Source: Chiloscyllium plagiosum
Taxonomy: Eukaryota
Direction: 5' to 3'
DNA length: 60,796 nucleotides
Assembly (NCBI RefSeq): GCF_004010195.1
Contig: NC_057750.1
Location: 5,730,644-5,791,439 of the forward strand
This document shows positions 12,255 to 23,200 of the stretch, one piece after another; position 1 is the stretch's first letter; each line of letters starts with the position of its first letter. The notes beneath the pieces were generated by a model. It made no database searches, was not told where the DNA came from, and saw only the letters and a program-made list of their open reading frames with translations. The translations under genes and the position numbers were made by a program.

Positions 12255-12600
12255 GGGGACAATATAGACGGAGTTTTACTCTCTAATCCAGCGCTGTCCC
12301 TGTCCTGGGAATGTTTGATGGGGACAGTATAGACGGAGTTTTACTCTGTCTAACCCAGTGCTGTCCCTGTCCTGGGAGTGTTTGATGGGGACAGTTTGGA
12401 AGGAGTTTTACTCTAAATCTAACCCGGTGTTGTCCCTGTCCTGGGAGTGTTTGGTGGGTATAGAATAGAAGGAGCTTTACTTTCAGTTTAAAAAGATAGA
12501 GATATCATTTCATTCAGTTTTACAGCGTAGGAGCCTTATTCTGTATCAAACCCCATGCTATTCCTGTCCTGGGAGTGTTTGATGGGGACAGTGTCAAGGA
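12255..12600. repeat. ~65-69 bp minisatellite (ggggacag..ggagttttactct..ctgtccctgtcctgggagtgtttgat), ~4-5 units
   Basis: Unit starts at 12255, 12320, 12387, ~12456 and 12584; related units at ~33494-33640. Confidence 0.9.
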
Positions 12601-13207
12601 AGGAAGTGAGGACTGCAGATGCTGGTGTGGGAGAACATCTGCTTCCCTGTCCAGCCACAGCATGGCCTCAAAAAACATAAGGAACCATGTCTGCCTAAGC
12701 CACAAGAGAAACTACCCAGAGTGCCTCAGCCTTGACCAAAAGGCTAGCTAAGAAACCTGGCAACAAACAGAAGATGACTCAAACCACTTCCAGACTGGGG
12801 AGTACACTTCCCAAGACGGCCTGACAATAGACTTCCTAGCCCTCGGTAAGCACAACCGCACCTGATGCCCTAAGGGCAGCCTCACTCCTCACACATACTG
12901 GAACTGCACAAAGGGTGCTCAGACTGAAAGGCACCAAGGTACCTTGCTTGCTGACTAACCACAATGGAAGCCAGTTGATGCCAGGATGAGAGACATTATC
13001 ACCTACTCTCTCAGAGGATCGGAATCTTTTAACTCAATCACAGACTGATTGCTGCTGATTGTCCTCCCATTGATTGTGTTTTACTCTTGATCATACTGTA
13101 ATTCACACCACATTACTGTACCCCTATAAAACTGCCTGTACCCACTGCTCAGGAAAGGGAACCCTTGGTCTACCTGTACAGGCTGTCAGTTCTGTGTCAG
13201 CCTAGTC

Positions 13208-15088
13208 AGAGATGTACAGCACGGAAACAGACCCTTTCGGTTCAACCCGTCCATGCCGACCAGATATCCCAAACCAATCTGGTCCCACCTGCCAGCACCC
13301 GGTCCATATCCCTCCAAACCCTTCCTATTCATATACCCATCCAAGTGCCTCTTAAATGTTGCAATTGTACCAGCCTCCACCACTTCCTCTGGCAGCCCAT
13401 TCCATACACGTACCACCCTCTGCATGAAAATGTTGCCCCGTAGGTCTCTTTTATATATTTCCTCTCTCACCCTAAACCTATGCCCTCTAGTTCTAGACTC
13501 CCCTCACCCCAGGGAAAAGACTTTTGTCTATTTACCCTATCCATGCCCCTCATAATTTTATAAACCACTAAGGTCACCCCTCAGCCTCCGGCGCTCCAGG
13601 AAAAACAGCCCCAGCCTATTCAGCCTCTCCCTGGACCTCAAATCCTCCAACCCTGGCAACATCCTTGTAAATCTTTTCTGAATCCTTTCAAGTTTCACAA
13701 CATCTTTCCGATAGGAAGGAGACCAGGAGTGCAGGCAATATTCCAACAATGGTCTAACCAATGTCCTGTACAGCCGCAACATGACCTCCCAACTCCTGTA
13801 CTCAATACTCTGACCAATAAAGGAAAGCATACCAAATCCCTTCTTCACTATCTTATCTACCTGTGACTCTACTTTCAAGGAACTATGAACCTGCATTCCA
13901 AGGTCTCTTTGTTCAGCAACACTCCCTAGGACCTTATCATTAAGTATATAATTCCTGCTAAGATTTGCTTTCCCAAACTGCAGCACCTCGCATTATCTGA
14001 ATTAAACTCCATCTGCCACTTCACAGCCCATTGGCCCATCTGATTAAGATCCTGTTGTAATCTGAGGTAACCTTCTTCGCTGTCCACGACATCTCCAATT
14101 TTGGTGTCATCTGCAAACTTACTAACTATATCTCTTGTGCTCACATCCAAATCATTTATATAACTGATGAAAAGTAGTGGACCCAGCACTGATTCTTGTG
14201 ACACTCCACTGGTCACAGGCCTCCAGTCTGAAAAATAACCCTCCACTACCACCGTCTGTCTTCTACCTTTGAGCCAGTTCTGTATCCAAATGGCTAGTTC
14301 TCCCTGTATTCCATGAGATCTAACCTTGCTAACCAGTCTCCCATGGGGAACCTTGTTGAATGCCTTACTGAAGTCCATATAGATCATATCTACCGCTCTG
14401 CCCTCCTCAATCCTCTTTGTTACTTCTTCAAAAAAAATCTCAATCAAATTTGAGAGATATGATTTCCCACGCACAAAGCCATGTTGACTATCCCTAATCT
14501 ATCCTGGACTTTCCAAATATATGTACATTTTGTCCCTCAGGATTCCCTCCAACAACTTGCCCACCACTGACGTCAGGCTCACTGATCTATTGTTCCCTGG
14601 CTTGTCCTTACCACCCTTCTTAAACACTGGCACCACGTTAGCCAACCTCCAGTCTTCCGGCACCTCCCCTGTGACTATCGATGATACAAATATCTCAGCA
14701 AGAGGCCCAGCAATCATTTCTCTAGCTTCCCACAGAGTTCTAGGTACACCTGATCAGGTCCTGGGGATTTATCCACCTTTATGCATTTCAAGACATCTAG
14801 CACTTCCTCCTCTGTAATATGGACATTTTGCAAGATGTCACCATCTGTTTCCCTACAGAGCTGAAAAATGTGTTGCTGGAAAAGCGCAGCAAGTCAGGCA
14901 AGCATCCAAGGAGCAGGAGAATCGACATTTCGGGCATAAACCCTTCTTCAGGAAGGGCTTATCTGTTTCCCTCCAGTCTATATCTTCCATATCCTTTTCC
15001 ACAGTAAATACTGATGCAAAATACTCATTTAATATCTCCCCCATTTTCTGCAGCTCCACACAAAGGCCACCTTGTCATTTTTTTCTTC
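13208..15088 (-). mobile_element. 5'-truncated CR1 LINE with a degenerate reverse transcriptase
   Basis: VPEDWRLANVVPVFKKG, DFSKAFNKVPH, GVSQESVLGPLLF, KFADDTKIG, LVRPLLEYC; TSD cagccta(g/a)tc at 13198-207 and 15089-98. Confidence 0.95.
14855..14960 (-). mobile_element. Short Penelope-derived element with a hammerhead core, inserted into the CR1
   Basis: 12-bp TSD atctgtttccct (14843-54 and 14961-72); CUGAAGA-A-GGGU-UUAU-GCCC-GAAA-UGUC on -. Confidence 0.8.
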
Positions 15089-15409
15089 CAGCCTAATCGC
15101 TTGTAATAAACAGCTTGTCAATTTCACCTAATCCGTGCTAGTTGGTCTCTGTTCAATTGGGTAATTTCTCCGACAGCTGGAGATCAGAGTCGCGAATGGG
15201 GTGCTGGAAAAGTCGATGTTTCGGGCATGAGACCTTCATCTGGAATGAAGAAGGGCTCTTGCTCGAAACGTCAATACTCCTGCTCCTCGGATGCTGCCTG
15301 ATCGCCTGTGCTTTTCCAGCACCACACTCTCGACAGTGTCAAGGAACACTGACTTTCTGTTTATAAGAGTAGAGGCAGCTTTACTCTGAGCTTGTCCAGC
15401 ACTCGTTTG

Positions 15410-15520
15410 GGAAAAAAAAAATGAAAATAATACTAGCCAGAGAAAACAGAAACTTTTACTTTTTGTTAAAGAAGAAACATTTTACAGAAATTGAGGCAAA
15501 AGTTACAAACTGTACATGAC
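15410..15520 (-). terminator. Candidate polyadenylation region (variant AGUAAA at 15455-15460)
   Basis: Several upstream UGUA motifs (15481-15516), AGTAAA hexamer, downstream GU/U-rich tract and poly-U (15412-15450). Confidence 0.5.
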
Positions 15521-17203
15521 AAAAACGCCTAAAAACGTTTAAACACTTGTCTGAGTTAAACTAGTGAAGCCCGAATCAGTCTGCAGTCACTGAGAGACAC
15601 GATAATCACAGAATTACACCTTCACAAGCTGGGCCCTCCTTCCCATAGATACAAGAGAGGGAACAAAACAAGACAGACGATGTCAATGAATTAATACAGC
15701 CCAAAGGGTAGCGAGCTGGAGGAGAGGCAATGTCAACTTGAGAAACACAGATGGTTTCCTAATTGATCTGAAAATTAACAACAAGTGATAAACCAAATCA
15801 CTGCATTGGAATTTCAGAGCAGGTATTGTCCAGGACAGACACCTGCTGAAACCAGCCCCAAAACAGGACATTTATAAAGCCCTTCAATAGGGGGTTTGGG
15901 CTGGACCTGACAGCACATACCCAAGAGTAAACTCTGTAGAGAAATTGTGATGCTTTCTGGTAAATCATTTTCTTTTCAACTCAGTGATTGAAAACTTGTC
16001 AGGCACGGCATTTCTGCGGAACCAAACTGTCCGACACTTAAAACAGGACAGATGTTTCCTCCTGGTGGGGCTGTCTACCTGGAGTTCTATTTTCTGTTAT
16101 GATGCTGTGCTTCACAGCCAGTTGGGTGCAGATTTGTTGCCAAAGTTATTTACAGAGCGATAAGAAACATTTAGCAACAGGACTTCAATTCGGGAGGACA
16201 CTGGTATTTTGGGAGGGGGAGAAGGAAAGAGTGGTGTCACCACTGGCACACTGGGTGGGAGAGTACAACAGCTTAGAGCAGACCTGTGCCAGAAAGCACA
16301 GCAGAAGTTTTCTTTACAAAAGCATTACGTTTATTTGCCACGGTTCTGCATTCATGCTGCGCAGTTACAGATCTGTACCATCGGAATGCGCTGTTCTGCT
16401 CTCAATCTTCCCAGGCAGGAGGGATACCAAGGTGATGGGCAAACCCTCACTGTTTGTGGAAATGTCTAATCCCAGTCTGAGCCTACTAACGTATTTCATT
16501 TGTCACTAAATACCCATTTCGGTTTTGACACACAATAACATCTTTCTGGAGTCATCAGAATACCCTAGAAAAGCACGGGGGCCCAGTCTTTGAACAGGGA
16601 AGGGAAACCAAACCATGTACCGGACCTTACAGGAAGCACAGTTCAGTTGCTATCACTCGTGCCCTCCAGCACAGTACGGTCATAAACTAAGGCAAGACTT
16701 TCACCCACTTCCAGCCCCTTAAACCTACACCAGAGACTTAAGAGGATAGAAGACAAGTGGAGATACAAATGTACACACATTTTGTCAATATTGTGACTGA
16801 AAAAGCAGACAAAAGGTTACGACAAGAGGAAAAAAAAGACGAAGATTAAAAACAAAGCTGTTTGCTGGTACAGTCACTTTAAAGCAAGTCTTTTGAAGCG
16901 AGTCACTCTTTACTGTACTAAATGAAACTGTGAAAATTACAGACGTGCTTTGCTTCCATCCCTGGGTTATACACAGCTGCAGTACAGATAGAATCCAAAG
17001 TGAATGGGTGTACATTGCTGACACGATAAATAGTATGTACATACATACAGGCGCACGTGCACTGTAGTCATTACGCACTCAGCTCCTGCAGCTAGTTCTT
17101 GACTGCTGTGCATGGAGAGAACGCTGCGTTACCAGCTGTGTCAGTGGATCAAGAGGGACGCTACAGTCAGCAAGAGGGCCAACTGAAGGTTGAGCATTGG
17201 CTT
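15430..17203 (-). other. CLASRP: Putative CLASRP 3'UTR (~1.75 kb)
   Basis: Follows the stop codon; free of the recognisable repeats that fill the flanks; U-rich and UGUA-rich; the 3' end is inferred. Confidence 0.65.
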
Positions 17204-17246
17204 CTAATGACGATGGTGAGGGCTTCTCGAGCGTGAGCGAGAACGT
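17204..17246 (-). CDS. CLASRP: CLASRP last coding exon RSRSRSRSPHHRH*
   Basis: cttctag acceptor; TAG at 17204-17206; matches human RSRSRSRSPHYRH*. Confidence 0.96.
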
Positions 17247-20200
17247 CTAGAAGATGAGAGAACGAAACAAACAAGTTATTCTCGGGAAATCATTATTTTT
17301 CATTACCCTGCTATCTCCATTTTCCTCCCAGAATGCTAATCCTCCTCCTGGGAGCAATTCTATACGGGGTTAGGAACCAACTGGATAGTTACATCAAAGA
17401 GGTCGATGGAGGATCGATGGACTAAATGGCTACTTTCAGAGTTACATGATTCTTCGAAAGATGAGCACCTCTGACTGCTGCACTCCCTCAGCACTGGGGT
17501 ACTTCAGCCTCTACATTATGCTCAGGTCTCTGGTACAACAACTGGGACAATTTCAAATCAATTAATAAAATGGAATTGAATTCTAGTCTTAATCATCACC
17601 AAAAGGAACAGATCTGCTGTTTCTACCTGCTCTGTCCAACATGTAACTGATAGATCAGATTAGATTACTTACAGTGTGGAAACAGGCCCTTCGGCCCAAC
17701 AAGTCCACACCGACCCTCCGAAGAGCAACCCACCCAGACCCATTCCCCTACATTTACCCCTTCACCTAACACTATGGACAATTTGGCATGGCCAATTCAC
17801 CTAACCTGCACATCTTTGGAGTGTGGGAGGAAACCGGAGTACCCAGAGGAAACCCACGCAGACACGGGGAGAACGTGCAAATTCCACACAGACAGTTGCC
17901 CGAGGCAGGAATTGAACCCAGGTCCCTGGCGCTGGGAGGCAGCAGTACTAACCACTGTGCCGCCCATGCAGACCTGAAATTTCACACAAGAGTGTCAGGA
18001 GCAAGTGCCAATTTGAGACTGAGTGGATTGGTAGAGGAGCAGAGCGGGGGGCTGGAGCAAGCCTCTACATTTATACAGCAGTCAGTTGATGGATCAGCTA
18101 AGGAATGGTCTGAAAATGTTGTGCTCCGTCTGTGGTAAACCTTCAACACCAGTCCAGGACTGACGCATCAGACAGTTCAGGTCTGTACTGTTCAGTCAGC
18201 ACACAGGACACTTCCATCCCCTCAGAGGGCAAGGTCTGGTTCACAAAAGACATATTCCTGCGATAGCGTGCAGACTAGTTTCTCTTACCTTCGTGATGAG
18301 CTGCTGTAATCACGGCCTAGAGTAGAAGACGAGAAAATCAGTCACATTGGGAGATGGAATCATTGTGGATACTCCCTACACCCACGTCACCTGATTCCAG
18401 ACCACTGCACGCAGAGTGTGAGCAACTCAATTCGCAGAAAGAGGGCGATTTCACTTAACCAGCTTGTCTGTTTCTGTAACAAGTGTGGTATTTTGGGTGG
18501 GGGAGCTGGAAGACAGGAGGACTGCATTGCTGCAGGTGCTGTCTTTCAGATGCAATATTGAACTGGACCTTTACCAAGTAATGCAGAAGAGATTATCTGT
18601 TATCCCAAGATGGACTTTCCTTCTAATGGAAAGAATGTCAATGCACACTCTCTAGACACAGCAGACAGATTCCTCTCTGACTGTAGCTCTCTTTAAGGCT
18701 GCACTACCAACATGTGTCACTCTTTATGATCCTTCAGCCACTCATTTGTACCCTTAAGGCAGCCTTGCATTTATGTAGCACATTTCACAATCTCAAGATG
18801 TCACAAAATGGTACACAGCCACTAAAGAACGTTTTAAGGTGTGAGCACTTGCGTGCAATGTGAGAAATACAACAATTTCTCTACTGCAAGATCCCACAAA
18901 CAAGTGATGTGATAAAAGGACCAGGTCACCTGCAGCAGGCACTGAGGGGAATTAATATCAAGTGGGAGACCGTTCCAAAGGATCTGTTTTCATGCTGCTT
19001 CCATGACTTTATATTGTTAAATTTGAAAGGGCTCAGAAAAGATTTACAAGGATGTAGCTGGGATTTGAGGGTTTGAGCTATAGGTAGAGGCTGAATAGGC
19101 TGGGCTATTCTCTCTGGAGTGTCAGAGGCTGAGGGGGTCCTTACAGAGGTTTATAAAATCACGAGGGACATGGATAGGGCAAATTGCCAAAACTAGTTTC
19201 CCTAGGGTAAGGGAGTCCAAAACTAGAGGGCACAGGTTTAAAGTGAGAGGGGTAAGATATAAAAGGGACCTGAGGGGCAACTTGTTCATGTTGAGGGTGG
19301 CGTATGTATGGAACGAGCTGCCAGAGGAAGTGGTGGAGGAGAGTACAATTACAACATTTAAACGGAATCTGGATGGGTACATGAAAAGGAAGGATACGGG
19401 CCAAATATTTGCAAATAGGACTAGATAGGTTTAGGATATCTGGACCTAAGGGTCTATTTCCATTCTGTGTAATTCTATACTATAAGTGCTGGTGTTGCTT
19501 GGTACATCACAAAACCAGAGTTTAGGTTTCCCCAAATGCCAGCTCTGGGATCCCTATTGCTGTCTAGGGAATTACATGCAGAATTAGGTCATTCAGCCCC
19601 TCAAACCTGTTCCACAATTCAATACAGATCAAGTCTGATCTGTCTGAAGCCCATAACCTAGTCTTGCCCACTCTCTGGGAAAGAGTTCCGCAGATTAATG
19701 AGATAAAACAATTCTGCTCTTCTCCATCTTAAGTGGAAGACCCTTAGCCAAGTTCCCTAATTCCAAACATCTCCTCAATTCCATGGTCAAGCCAGCCTCA
19801 GGACCTAGAGTGCGTCAATAGGATCACCTCTCATTGAGCATTCTCCTGAAGGGCTTATGCCCGAAACGTCGACTCTCCTGCTCCTTGGATGTTGCCTGAC
19901 CTGCTGCGCTTTTCCAGCAACACATTTTCAGCTCTGATCTCCAGCATCTGCAGTCCTCACTTTCACCTCTCATTGATCTAGGCCTGAATGGGTATGGGCC
20001 CAACCTGGTCAATCTTTCTGTATAAACTGAACCTTTTGTCCTAATAATCTTAAAACATTCCCTGAGCCATTTCCACTGCCATTTTTTTACTTAAGCAACT
20101 GTAAAGCTTGCATTCCTTGAACATAGAACAGAACAGCAGAGGAACAGGCCCTTCGGTCCACTGTGTCTGTGCTGACCAGGATGCCACTCTAAACCCATCC

Positions 20201-23200
20201 CACCTGCCTGCTCATGGTTCATATCCCTTCGCTCGATTTCCTGTCTGTTCATGTGTCTGTCTAAATGTCTCTTAAATGTTGCTATTCTGTCTGTTTCTAG
20301 CACTTCCCCTGGCAGCGCATTCCAGGCACCTATCACTCTCTGCGAGAGGAGGAGGATGGGATCCCTTTTTCTAACATGGTGGTTATTTAAGATATTTAAC
20401 ATACAGCTCATGCTAGATTTCATGGTTGCGTTGACGATCGAGTTGAAATGTTGCTTGTCACAGGCACCCCACAGGCTTAGGGGATGTAATCCTGTCTGAC
20501 CCATCTCGGCTCAATCATGAATAAAGATAGGGGGCTTGGAATAAGGCAATGCCTGCTGAGCAGTGGGAGGTGCGGCCATTTGCATACATAGCCAGCAGAC
20601 ATAGACAGACAGACAGACAAACAAATCGGCAGACGGACAGATACTAGTGGGAGATGGTGACTGCAAATTTGGAACATGGGGAACAGAAGAAGAAAAAAGG
20701 ATGCTATTCTGAACAATGTACAGTTCCCGCTGTCTGTCCCACAAACACCGCAACATGTGGAAAATTAAACCATGCGGGAAAACCATGCGAGGTGGGCAAT
20801 ACTGGCACAGCCACTTTACAGGGAAAAAAGCACAACTGGCAACAGCAAGTGCTATCTTTATTGTCAGTATGCCACTACCTTGTGGGCGTCGGCACACTGT
20901 CAGCAAAGGACAGCATCAATGTCTTCTCAAAAGACTGGGGATTTAACAGCATTAGTGACTAAAAGAAGCTGATGATACAGAGTGTGCGCCCAGGAGGGAC
21001 CCAAAGTGGGTGCCTCGTTTCCTGAACAACAATGCCGAGACTTCATAAGACGTTTCACTGGCTGTGAAGCCCTCTGGGTCATGTTGAGGCCACGGAAGAT
21101 GCTATACAAATGCAAGGTCTTCTCTCCCTGATGGTAGATGCTGTTGGCATTTCAGATGGTGAAAGCAGCCCTCTGGTGCCTCACAGGCCTGAGGTCCTGG
21201 TCACTGGTCTGTGACAAGCAGGCACCACACTTAAGGTGGTCAGACCTTGCCAGAGGAAGTCATAGAGATGTACAGCATGGAGTGGAGCCTAGTACAATTT
21301 CAACATTTAAAAGACATCTGGAAGGGTAAATAAATAGGAAGAGTTTACAGATATATGGGGCAATTGCTGGCAAATGGGATTAGATTTATCGGAGACATCT
21401 GGTTGGTGTGGACGAAGGGTCTGTGTGCATGCTCTATGAGTATACGAACCCTGGGTCAGAGAGGAATGTGAATGATAGATCCGACCCTCACTCGTGGTCA
21501 ATATCCAGGTGGACGAGGTCAACATGGAGCAGTGATGCCCCTAGAGTTCAATCTCCCATTGTCAGTCAGGTGAACACAGCCACTGACGAAATTGGAACCG
21601 TACTCTAGGTAAGGGTCAGGAGAGGTGAGGAGAAAATTAGGTTGTAATTAAATTGAAAGGTCGAGCCAATAGCAGGTTGTGAAAAGTGAAACTTGCTTCA
21701 TTCAGCTTTGAAGTGTCTCTGAAAGACGTGATAAATGTTACATAATGCCTCGGCTCTTTCCTTCTCTCTCAACCGTGCCCAGCGTTCATAATCGGTGTAA
21801 AAAAAAACACGACAGGCTAGTTTCTCAGATCCCTCCCTCCCACATAGTTGACTTTTCCAGGAAAAGCAAGGTTCCTTTTGGTGACAAACAGAAACCAGAG
21901 AGCAGCAGAACTGAGCAGTGTTGCACAGCACTGGGGGAGATCCCACAGAACTCCCCATCCTGAGGCATGGAACAACCTCAATAACCTGCATTTTCATAGT
22001 ACCCTAACTGTAATAAAGCACTGAGGAGCTACGTACAAAATCTGACACATGTAAGACAGGTGACCCAAGAAACATTTTGAGGAACTTCTTAGAGGTGGAG
22101 AGGAAGGAGCGAGGTTTTGGGAATGAATTCCAGAGCTCAGGGCCCAGGCAGCTGAAGGCACAGCCGCCAATGGTTCAGTGATTAATATCAGGAATTTCAA
22201 CAGCACCAGATATCCTCATAGCACTAACACTCGCTGGAGGTAGGATACATCACTGTGCGGATTCAAACAATAAAGTTGGTTGTAAAATTGGACACAGTGG
22301 AGGGCGAATAAGGAGTCATTTTCTCTCCCCACCCCCCCACTTAAAACCCATTATCGCTTTGTCCTGCCACACCGTTTCAATAGACAATAGGTGCAGGAGT
22401 AGGCCATTCTGCCCTTCGTGCCAGCACCACCATTCATTATGATCATGGGCTGATCATCCTCAATCAGTATCCTGTTCCTGCCTTATCCCCATAACCCTTG
22501 ATTCCACTATCCTTAAGAGCTCCATTCAACTCTTTCTTGAAAGTATCCAGAGACTTGGCCTCCACAGCCTCCAGGGGCAGAGCATTCCATACACCCACCA
22601 CTCTCTGGGTGAAGACGTTTCTCCTCAACTCTGTTCTAAATGGCCTAACCCTTATTTTAAAACTGAATCCTCTGGTTCTGGACTCACCCATCAGCAGAAA
22701 CATGCTTCCTGCCTCCAGAGTGTCCAATCTTTTAATAATCTTATATGTCTCAATCAGATCCCTTCTCAGCCTTCTAAACTCAAGCGTATACAAGCCCAGT
22801 CGCCCCAATCTTTCAACGTAAGATAGTCCCGCCATTCCGGGAATTAACCTTGTGAACCTACGCTGCACTCCCTCAATAGCCAGAATGTCTTTCCTCACAT
22901 TTGGAGACCAAAACTGCACACAATATTCCAGGTGCGGTCTCACCAGGGCCCTGTACAGCTGCAGAAGAACCTCTTTGCTTCTATACTCAATTCCTCTTGT
23001 TATGAAGGCCAGCATGCTATTAGCTCTCTTGCTGTACCTGCATGCTTGCTTTCATTGACTGATGTACAAGAACACCTAAATCTCGTAGTACTGCCCCTTT
23101 GCCTAACTTGATTCCACTTAGGTAGTAATCTGCCTTCCTGTTCTTGCCACCAAAGTGGATAACCACACATTTATCCACATTAAACTGCATCTGCCATACA

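Larger units (their letters stand above)
12626..15175 (+). mobile_element. Solo LTR (~670 bp) split by a CR1 insertion
   Basis: TG...CA ends with imperfect inverted termini TGTGGGAGAA/TTCTCCGACA, 5-bp TSD GCTGG (12621-25 and 15176-80), TATAAAA at ~13124, AATAAA at ~15105. Confidence 0.75.

Noticed and set aside
12255..12600. CRISPR-like regularly spaced repeats
   Set aside because: Whole units repeat with no unique spacers, there are no cas genes, and the context is vertebrate
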